This document shows, piece after piece, positions 1-8,800 of a DNA stretch of 64,000 nucleotides. This stretch comes from a bacterium (GTDB lineage Bacteria; AUK180). The notes under the pieces were generated by a model. That model saw only the letters and a list, made by a program, of their open reading frames with translations. It ran no database searches and was not told where the DNA came from. The stretch spans positions 5,054 to 69,053 of the forward strand of contig JAGLWT010000133.1 of the NCBI GenBank assembly GCA_023133295.1, written 5' to 3'. Position numbers and translations under genes: made by a program. How positions within the stretch are numbered: position 1 is the stretch's first letter; each line of letters starts with the position of its first letter.

Positions 1-1418
1 GCCCCGATCGACACCTTATACCTTTCAAACCGCTCCTGCTGAGAGATGTCCAGCAATCCCAGATCGACCCCGTATCTACCAAGCCTTAGCATCGCTGTAT
101 CCTGCCGCAGCATTAACCGGTGCTCGGCCTGAGAGGTAAAGAGCCTATAGGGTTCATTAACGCCCTTCAGTACAAGGTCTTCCAGCAATACCCCTATATA
201 GGCCTCATCCCTATTCAGGATAAAGGCATCTCGCCCGGCAATCGATAGGCACGCATTGATGCCCGCCATCAATCCTTGCGCCGCAGCTTCCTCATACCCC
301 GATGTGCCGTTCACCTGGCCGGCAAAGTAAAGCCCCCTCACCTCTTTGGTCTCCATTGTCTTTTTCAGCTGCGTGGGAAGCACTACATCATATTCTACCG
401 CGTATCCGAATTTGGCGATCCTTGCTCTCTCTAATCCGGTTATGCTATGAATGAACTCCTCCTGGACTTCAGGCGATAGTGATGTAGAGATGCCGTTAGG
501 ATAAACGAGATCACTATTTATTCCCTCAGGTTCCAGAAAGATCTGATGCGAGTCTCTGTTTGAGAATTTCACTACCTTATCCTCGATCGAAGGACAATAC
601 CGCGGGCCTACACCGTCGATCATCCCGGAATACAACGGAGAGAACTTCAATCCCTTTCTTATGATATCATGCGTCTTTTCTGAAGTGAAGGTAATATGGC
701 ATGAGATCATATTTCTAATAAACTTATCGCTCCAGAATGAAAATGAATAGTCCTCATCATCGCCTTTCTGCTCATCTGTTTTACTCAGATCAATAGAATC
801 CTTGAATATCCTGGCAGGTGTGCCTGTTTTAAGCCGCGCCGTATTGAAACCGAGCCTTTGTATAGATAAGGAGAGTTCATTTGAAGGAGGATCGCCCAGC
901 CGTCCGCCGGGAGTAGATGCCAATCCGGTGAATAATCTCCCGCGAAGGAAGGTTCCCGTGGTTATAATGATCTTCTCTCCATAAATCTGAGTGCCGTCTT
1001 CAAGCTTGACACCGACAGCTCTATCGCTTTTTATTATGAGACCCGTCACTTCCGCTTTAATAAAATTTATCTCGGAGTTCTTTATCTTCTTCACAAAGAA
1101 CTTCTTATACTCTTCCTTATCTGCTTGAGCTCTTGGGCCCCATACTGCGGGCCCTTTCGATTTATTCAACATTCTGAATTGAATTCCCGTTTCATCAACA
1201 GCAATACCCATCATACCGCCCAGGGCATCTATTTCCCTTACCAGATGTCCCTTGGCAATACCTCCAATCGACGGATTGCATGGCATCTCACCCGCCTTTG
1301 AAAGAGACAGTGAGATCAAAGCACAGCTTTTTCCCATTTTTTCCGCGGCGAAGGCTGCCTCCAAGCCGGCGTGTCCGGCGCCCACTACTATTACTGAGAA
1401 TTTCTTTTTTTCATCCAT
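1..1418 (-). CDS. mnmG: tRNA uridine-5-carboxymethylaminomethyl modification enzyme MnmG/GidA (3' end runs off window)
   Basis: Not in ORF track. Manual minus-strand translation from ATG at 1418 gives MDEKKKFSVIVVGAGHAG (FAD-binding), CNPSIGGIAKGHLVREIDALGG, GPRYCPSIEDK and FAGQVNGTSGYEEAAAQG, all MnmG motifs. Confidence 0.97.
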   Translation of the reverse strand, partial: MDEKKKFSVIVVGAGHAGLEAAFAAEKMGKSCALISLSLSKAGEMPCNPSIGGIAKGHLVREIDALGGMMGIAVDETGIQFRMLNKSKGPAVWGPRAQADKEEYKKFFVKKIKNSEINFIKAEVTGLIIKSDRAVGVKLEDGTQIYGEKIIITTGTFLRGRLFTGLASTPGGRLGDPPSNELSLSIQRLGFNTARLKTGTPARIFKDSIDLSKTDEQKGDDEDYSFSFWSDKFIRNMISCHITFTSEKTHDIIRKGLKFSPLYSGMIDGVGPRYCPSIEDKVVKFSNRDSHQIFLEPEGINSDLVYPNGISTSLSPEVQEEFIHSITGLERARIAKFGYAVEYDVVLPTQLKKTMETKEVRGLYFAGQVNGTSGYEEAAAQGLMAGINACLSIAGRDAFILNRDEAYIGVLLEDLVLKGVNEPYRLFTSQAEHRLMLRQDTAMLRLGRYGVDLGLLDISQQERFERYKVSIG

Positions 1419-2290
1419 TTTTCATATACCTTGCCGAAAACCCTGTAAAGCAATGCTCCGAAAAGCAGTCCTGCTACCGTATCACTTATATAATGATATC
1501 TCAAATAAAATGTTGCAAGCGACATGAGAAAGAGAATTGTGAGATATGGTAAAAGGAGTTTCTTGAAAAATCGCCAGGCGTTCAAGGTTACTACGAGAGC
1601 TACAGCTATATGAGAAGATGGAAAGCAGCCGCTGTGTACCATTGCGCCCGCGGCCATTATCTTATTTTGAATGGGCACCAGAATATATCCGTTCACCGGA
1701 TCCGAGAAATGAGATAAAATAGGAGCGTATCTCCATGGTCCGTCCACCGGAAACAATACAAAGCACAGAAAGTGAATATAATAGCATGCCGCTACAGTAA
1801 AAATCAGGTGTCCAAAAGCATATCTATCCTTTTTCCAATAGAAGAGTATCAATGCCAAGACAGGAAGCATGGCATAATACGACATATACCCGAAATTCAG
1901 GAATTCCGCCAACCACCGATAATTAAGATGCTCTTCAAGCCACCATGTCGGGTGTGTTCCGAATATCATGAGTTCAAAATTAACGATCAAATGATCCTGC
2001 AATTCAGGAACTATCATAAATGCAAATTCCCCCAGCTCTTTGTAATTAGCAGCGAAAAACAAAAGCGGGTAGAAATTTCTCAAGAATTTTAAGAAGATAT
2101 TCTTTCTCTCTGGTGTGAAGAATCTTACAAGTAGATTTGCTGAAAGTAGAAATACCAGATTTCGGCCCAAATAGAACCAGATGTTATGGACCTTTCCAAA
2201 TCCAAAGATCAAAAGAAGCATGATAATAATTATATGATAGAGAGAAAACGCATAATCAAGAGGGCGGTATCTTTTAATTAGCTCTCTCAT
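1391..2290 (-). CDS. PAP2/AUR1-like membrane phosphatase or phosphotransferase
   Basis: Multi-TM protein with FPVDGPW, CFPSSH and LRYHYISD motifs typical of the PAP2 superfamily. Confidence 0.85.
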   Translation of the reverse strand: MRELIKRYRPLDYAFSLYHIIIIMLLLIFGFGKVHNIWFYLGRNLVFLLSANLLVRFFTPERKNIFLKFLRNFYPLLFFAANYKELGEFAFMIVPELQDHLIVNFELMIFGTHPTWWLEEHLNYRWLAEFLNFGYMSYYAMLPVLALILFYWKKDRYAFGHLIFTVAACYYIHFLCFVLFPVDGPWRYAPILSHFSDPVNGYILVPIQNKIMAAGAMVHSGCFPSSHIAVALVVTLNAWRFFKKLLLPYLTILFLMSLATFYLRYHYISDTVAGLLFGALLYRVFGKVYEKWMKKRNSQ

Positions 2291-4482
2291 CCCACGATCT
2301 CCAGAAATTCGCCAATCATAACCTTCTTACCATATTTATAAAATCTGACATCGACCTTGATCCTGCTGCCTGCGACATGCGAGCTTATCACCATGCCGAC
2401 ACCATAATCCGGATGCCTTACCTTGATCCCCTTTTTGAACGGATTCCCCGTAGCTGGGGAGAGGTCGGGAACATATGTGATCTCTTTGGGCAACGGTGTC
2501 GAGGGGCGGGACTTTTTGACTTCGCCCTTGCCTCTAAATAATGATTCTGTTGTCCATCTCTTGGAATATGTCTTATCTTCATATCTCATTTGTTCTCTCG
2601 GGATCATTTGAATAAATTCCGATTCTGAATTTTTAACGAATTCACCAAAGCGGAATCTTTCCTTGGCGCGTGTCAGAAACACCCTGTTCTTGCCCCTTGT
2701 GATCCCGACATACAGAAGCCGCTGCTCTTCTTTAAACTGCTCCGGGTGCTGCGAATTTGAATGGGGTAGTATGCCCTGTTCCACGCCGGTAATAAAAACC
2801 GTGTCGAACTCAAGCCCTTTTGAAAGATGCAGCGTCATAAGATTCACGGCACCCTTCTCCTGCTTCCACGAGTCAACCGAAGAGGATAGGGTCAAAATCT
2901 CCATGATCTCATGCAATGTTTCAAAGCCCTCGTCTTCGAGATGCTGTATCTCCCTGATAAGGTAATTAACATTGTCTATGCGGTCTTCATATCCCTCGTC
3001 ATCAAATTCCTTGAGATAATCGAAATAATCAAGCATCTCAACGAGCCGCATCAGCGCTTCCGACGGGGAAGAGATCATTTCACGGATCTCTTTCAGAACA
3101 TCCATTAGGGACCTTATCCCTTGAGCCTGACGCGCCGAAAATGCATTCTCCGCCAGAAGCTCTTCCGCGGCAGCTGAAAAAGGAAGCTCTCTTCTGCTGA
3201 TCTCGGCATTGAAGTTATCCACCGTCTTCTTTCCCAAGCCACGGCGGGGAATGTTTATGACCCTGTTCAAATTGACCGTATCTTTATCATTCAACACTAA
3301 TTTGATATAGGCAATAATATCCCTTATCTCCTTTCTTTCATAGAACTTCTGAGCGCCGACCACGACATATGGTATTCCATGATCACGAAAGTATGTCTCT
3401 AAGATACGAACCTGAAAATTCGTTCTGAAAAAAACCGCGATATCCGAGAAGTCCACTCCTTCCGCATTGACATTCTGCACACGGTCAACGATGTACTCCG
3501 CTTCGGCGCGGTCATTCTTCAAGATCGCATATCTGACCCTCTCGCCGCCGCGATGAGGATCGGCAGGCTCCAACTTGCCTGTTTTATAGGGATTATCAAA
3601 AGCCAGATGCGCAGCGACATCAAGGATCTGAGCGGTCGAACGATAATTTTTCTTCAATGTGAATATCTTGGACCCTTTGAAGTAATCCGGGAAATTCAGA
3701 ATATTCTCGACCTTTGCATTTCGGAATCCGTATATGGACTGATTCTCATCTCCGACCACAAAGAGCATCGGAGAATTATCATTGAACAGAAGTCCCTTCC
3801 AGAGAAGTTTTAAGATACGCAGCTGAGCGAGGTTGGTATCCTGGAATTCATCCACGAATACATATTTGATGCTCCTTGTAAATTCATTTAATATAACGGG
3901 CTCCTTCTCAAAGAGAACAATGGTTTTCTCCAGAAGATCTGAAAAATCCATCGCGTCGCTATTGCGAAGTTCTTTTTCGTAAGTCCGATAATACTTCTCT
4001 ATATCACTGTCGATCACCTCACCCGTTTCATGATAATTTTCTTTGAAAACGGATATCTTTTTCAATATCCGCTCCGGCTTATCTTCTTTGTGTTTATCTT
4101 TGGGTATTATGCGCTTCAATAAACGGACAGAATCATCCTCATCATAGATCGTGAAGGTCTCAGAGAATCCAAGATGCGATGCGTATTTTCTTAATATCCT
4201 CGAACATAGGGAATGAAAGGTGCCCAGCCATGGGAAGTAGACCTTCTCGTTCAATTGCTGAGATATCCTTTCCCGCAACTCGCCGGCCGCCTTATTGGTG
4301 AAAGTAGTAATAAAGAAATTATGAAACTCCGGCTGATCCTCAATGAGCAGATAGTAGATCTTGTATAAAAGAGTTCGCGTCTTTCCCGTCCCGGCTCCGG
4401 CAAAGATCAGATTTATCGGAGAACGCGCCTTTACAATATCGTATTGCTCCTGATTGAGGAATTCTTTGAATTTATCGTTCAT
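2287..4482 (-). CDS. pcrA: UvrD/PcrA SF1A DNA helicase
   Basis: AGAGTGKT Walker A, TFTNKAA, VDEFQDTN, VGDENQSIYGFR, NYRS, TLHLSKGLEF, EEQRLLYVGITR and a C-terminal tudor-like VRHPDYGVG. Confidence 0.93.
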   Translation of the reverse strand: MNDKFKEFLNQEQYDIVKARSPINLIFAGAGTGKTRTLLYKIYYLLIEDQPEFHNFFITTFTNKAAGELRERISQQLNEKVYFPWLGTFHSLCSRILRKYASHLGFSETFTIYDEDDSVRLLKRIIPKDKHKEDKPERILKKISVFKENYHETGEVIDSDIEKYYRTYEKELRNSDAMDFSDLLEKTIVLFEKEPVILNEFTRSIKYVFVDEFQDTNLAQLRILKLLWKGLLFNDNSPMLFVVGDENQSIYGFRNAKVENILNFPDYFKGSKIFTLKKNYRSTAQILDVAAHLAFDNPYKTGKLEPADPHRGGERVRYAILKNDRAEAEYIVDRVQNVNAEGVDFSDIAVFFRTNFQVRILETYFRDHGIPYVVVGAQKFYERKEIRDIIAYIKLVLNDKDTVNLNRVINIPRRGLGKKTVDNFNAEISRRELPFSAAAEELLAENAFSARQAQGIRSLMDVLKEIREMISSPSEALMRLVEMLDYFDYLKEFDDEGYEDRIDNVNYLIREIQHLEDEGFETLHEIMEILTLSSSVDSWKQEKGAVNLMTLHLSKGLEFDTVFITGVEQGILPHSNSQHPEQFKEEQRLLYVGITRGKNRVFLTRAKERFRFGEFVKNSESEFIQMIPREQMRYEDKTYSKRWTTESLFRGKGEVKKSRPSTPLPKEITYVPDLSPATGNPFKKGIKVRHPDYGVGMVISSHVAGSRIKVDVRFYKYGKKVMIGEFLEIVG

Positions 4483-4500
4483 TGAAGAGAAGGTGCATTC

Positions 4501-5670
4501 TTAAAAATCGGTGAAATCCTTATCGATCTTTTTGACTTCCTCTTCCTTTGTTTCCGCAACATCTGTGGCGACTTCTCCCGAAGCGCCCCCTTGGATCGAA
4601 AAACCCTTAAGAGCCAGATCAAGATCACTTGCCGAATTGGCGTTCTGCTTTGCGGCTTCCTGTGAGATCTTGCCCTCATTTACAAGACGGATAAGATGCT
4701 GGTCGAAGGTCTGCATACCATACTGGCCGCCTTCTTTCATCGCATCCTGGATCTCTCCTACACGATGAGGATCCTGTATGAGCTCCTTGATATTTTCATT
4801 TACTACCATCACCTCCAAAGCGGGAATACGGCTCTCCATATCAATTCGCGACAGGAGCCTTTGAGAAATAACACCCCTTAAAGTAAATGCTAATTGAACC
4901 CTGATCTGCTCTTGATGCGCAGGAGGGAAAAAATCAATTATTCTATTGATGGTCTGGAGTGCGTTCAATGTATGCAGGGTGCCGAATACCAGATGGCCGG
5001 TTTCCGCCGCTGAGATAGCAGCTCCGACGGTCTCTTCGTCCCTCATTTCTCCGACAAGGATAACATCGGGGTCCTGCCGGAGAACATATTTCAATGCATT
5101 GTGGAAATTCTTTGTGTCTATACCGATCTCCCGCTGAGTGATCGATGATAAGGAATCATTGTGGATAAACTCGATCGGATCTTCTATTGTAACGATATGT
5201 TTCTTGAAATGATGATTGATGTAATCGACCATCGCGGCAAGGGTTGTTGATTTTCCCGAACCTGTGGTTCCCGTAACAAGCACCAAGCCTCTTTCGTAAG
5301 AAGCGAGTTCTTTCAAGACCGGAGGAAGGTGCAGGGTCTTGAAGGAGGGTATGCTGATGGGGACATGCCTGATAACAGCGCCGATATTCCCCTTTTCAAA
5401 AAATACATTAATACGGAATCTGGCGACATCCGACTCTTCAAAGGCGATATCCATTTCCCTCTCTGAAATGAATTTATTATATTTTTCCTCGGTAACAGCG
5501 AAATATCTCGCGATCTTGTCCATTCCAGAAGCGGGGATGGCGGGAAAATTGGAAGTGACCAATTCTCCATTGATACGCATGACCGGCGGCTTTCCGGTTC
5601 GAAAATGCAGATCAGAAGCCTTCTTTTCAACCATTGTTATTAGAATATTTTTGATGGGATTAACAGCCAT
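4501..5670 (-). CDS. pilT: Type IV pilus retraction ATPase, PilT/PilU family
   Basis: ASDLH, GTTGSGKST, TIEDPIE, LRQDPDVILVGEMRD, AETGHLVFGTLH, GMQTFDQ. The AIRNLIRE motif is diverged (NIKELIQD), so PilU cannot be excluded. Confidence 0.85.
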   Translation of the reverse strand: MAVNPIKNILITMVEKKASDLHFRTGKPPVMRINGELVTSNFPAIPASGMDKIARYFAVTEEKYNKFISEREMDIAFEESDVARFRINVFFEKGNIGAVIRHVPISIPSFKTLHLPPVLKELASYERGLVLVTGTTGSGKSTTLAAMVDYINHHFKKHIVTIEDPIEFIHNDSLSSITQREIGIDTKNFHNALKYVLRQDPDVILVGEMRDEETVGAAISAAETGHLVFGTLHTLNALQTINRIIDFFPPAHQEQIRVQLAFTLRGVISQRLLSRIDMESRIPALEVMVVNENIKELIQDPHRVGEIQDAMKEGGQYGMQTFDQHLIRLVNEGKISQEAAKQNANSASDLDLALKGFSIQGGASGEVATDVAETKEEEVKKIDKDFTDF

Positions 5671-5686
5671 AATGCACCTCTCCTAT

Positions 5687-5715
5687 ATTATAATGAATTT
5701 TTGCTAAAATGTAAA
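5687..5715 (-). promoter_or_regulatory. Sigma70-type promoter for the pilT-pcrA-PAP2-mnmG run
   Basis: Minus strand TTTACA-17 nt-TATAAT followed by a GGAGAGG Shine-Dalgarno. Confidence 0.65.
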
Positions 5716-5721
5716 ATATGC

Positions 5722-5820
5722 AGGGGACGGTGTTTCACTTCTTTCACTTAGCTATTATTCGCCACATATATTGAGGGCGGTAATCATCAAAAATACAAGG
5801 TAAAGATGCGATACCTTTTT
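5722..5820. repeat. ~100-bp dispersed repeat, copy 1
   Basis: AGGGGACGGTGTTTCACTTCTTTCACTTA...GTAAAGATGCGATACCTTTTT. The first 29 nt are identical to copy 2. Confidence 0.9.
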
Positions 5821-5822
5821 TT

Positions 5823-8800
5823 CTATTTTATTACTGCAACTTTCTTTACCACACTTTTTCCAGACGCGGGCGTAATAATAATAATGTAAATTCCGGAGGC
5901 AACAGAAAAACCGCTATCATTTTCAAGATCCCATCTGAGAAAATCGTTTCCATCATTGTAATGCTTAACCGCATTCCTATACGTTGCAACGATCTCACCG
6001 AAAATAGTATATATTGTTATATCTTCGATATTTTCAATATCTCCGAAATGATCCATTATTACGAATGAATCCCCATTTGCCGAGGTACAGGGATTCGGGT
6101 ATAAGCGGAGCAGATCCGCATCATAATTCTTGCTGACAGTTTTATTGGTATTTACAAAAATTCCGTAATTACCGATACCTTCGATTCCGGCTATAATAAA
6201 TCCGCCGTCATACTTATCGTTGTCAGGATTTCCATCAATGTCATCTACACAATATGAATCTACATATTCCCATTTTCCATCGGTGTATCTTCTCAATTCA
6301 AGTTGTTCTTCGGAATAATCCATCACCTCTTCATAGGTGTAGTAGATCCGCAAGGTAAGTTTTTTCGGAAAATTTACCTCATCGACCTCACCCGGTATTG
6401 ATACCCGTCTGAATTCACCGATCGGGATCAAATTTGATTTATTAGAGTCAATGTGAGAAACGGATTGAATGGAAAACTCCGGATAGTGTGAAGCAATATC
6501 AAGTGGAATAGAGAGCTTTGTTCTTGAACTATCTTCAATAATCAAATAATCGCCATCGATTCTGAAATTCCCCTTTAAAAAACCGCCGACTGTTTCATCA
6601 TAAACTGTTTTCAAAGAGAAAAGCCCCGCGTTTTCATTTATAAAAGCGAAACGGTCCCCACCGCCGGAAGACCACTTTAAGAAGCCTTCATTGATCGTTT
6701 CACAATAACCGGATTGAGGATTATTATTTATATAGACATCAAAATTAGAATTTGAAACTTCAGAAATGGGATCAAACCGGAAGTTGCAATTATTAAAACT
6801 ATCCAGAACATCACAATTGTAGGCGATCTTTGAGCCGTTTATTGAAAATGAAGGAGAGTATTCGGGGTGAGTGGTGGTTCCAATAGAGATCAATCTTGTA
6901 TCACCCCAATCCCCGCCGGTGCCATCCCCATCCGGATCTCCGATAGGATTGCTTAACCCGGATATAATATCTTGAATATCCACAGCTTTCCATATATTGG
7001 TGTCTGCTACCTCATTATCTATACATGCGGGTCTTCTTACAAAAACGATCTCCGTATTGTCTCCATTCCAATGCGGCTGGAGTAATTTGTCTGTCTGGGA
7101 TAGATCCAAATACGGGTCTGAAAGATGGGTAATCCTTTTTAGTCCGCTGTCCGGATCAATGGTATTATTTGGTTCGTACACCCATATATCGCCAGATATT
7201 GAAGTGATTATCCGCTCTTTTTCATTGAACTGGTTTAACTTATCACCATAATCGGGATCAATGCATCGCCAATAGATGAGCGATGGCTGGAAAAGACTTG
7301 AATTTCCGGCTTCCGTGCCATCGGCTTTGATCTTTCTTATATGCAATTGTCCGTAAGAAGCAGTACTTGTAAAGACAACATAATTATCATCTGGGGTCCA
7401 CGAAATTTGAGAAAGGTGCGAAACAATATCCAGAGAATTTGTTATAGTGATCATTCCGGAGCCGTCATCATTTATTACCCTGATATTTGAAATTCCGCCG
7501 CTGTCTCTATGAATATAAGCAATTTTTCTCGGACTATTCTTCCATGACCATTCAGGATGGAATATCCCTGCCCCTGCTGAAGCAGAATCAAGGTCAATGT
7601 CAGACTGTGCATTAGAACATATTTCCAACTGCCACTCGTTAAGCGTTCCTGTATCACCACCACCGGTATCACTAACAAAAAGTTCCCAATTCCCAAATGC
7701 ATCTTCCCCGATAAAATCATCCATTGTACCCGGGCCACTCGGGGCAGTAGTTGAATCGTAAACAGTGTAAATATCATCATCACCAAATCCTGTTTTATTG
7801 TGGAGTCTTACAATTGTGTTTAATGGGGATGTTAATTCAACTATTAAGTCACCCTTATAAGTATGTGTGATATCAACAAGACAATTAATTTCCAATATAT
7901 CAATATGTTCAGTAATATTGATTATACTTGTAATTCCTGCAGGCTCACTATCAGGAATTGCAATTGGAGTATCAGTGGATACATACCAATCACATCCTGT
8001 CCCAGAAGGGTTGATAGTTACTATGAACGTATCAGACCAGGTTCCTTCATCTGAAGTAATATTCAAATCAAAGGTAACTTCATAATCCATCGGAAGCCCA
8101 CTATAAACATCAAATTGATACGGAGTCAGGCATTCACTTGTTTCGTCAAAAGATAGATCAAGATAACTTGCAGTATCATCGGAAAAAGTAATATATGTAC
8201 AACCGGTTGATAATACCGCGGAAATATTAGTCGCTTCTCCATACCAGATATTTCTTAAAGTCACGGACATATCGATCTGTTCACCAGATTCAGCTATTCC
8301 ATTATTATTTCCTCCGGTGCTGTCGTCAATAGCATGGGAATCATAGACAATTTCAGGTAAAGGTTGAGTACAAGTATCTAAATGAAGAATTACTGACCAT
8401 GAATTTAGTGTACCTATAGTAGCCCAGGAATCATGATCACTAACATGTAATTTCCACTCGCCTATAGAATTTTCACCATCAAAATCCGGCATTGACCCTG
8501 GCCCGTCCGGTACAGTTGTTGAATCATATATTGTATAGATATCATCTACTGTACCACCGCTTCTATCATGTAATCTTACAATCGTTCCAGTCGGTGAAGT
8601 TAATTCAACTACTAAATCGCCCGTATAATTATGTGCTATATCAACACTGACGAAAATATCAACGATATTGCAAGAATAAGGAACATTAATAATACTTTCA
8701 ATTCCAACTGCATCCCAAGCGGGTATGTTAATAGGTGTATCAGCAGAACTAACTATAAATTCGCTGACCACAACAGTAAAATTAATTTGATTTGTATATC

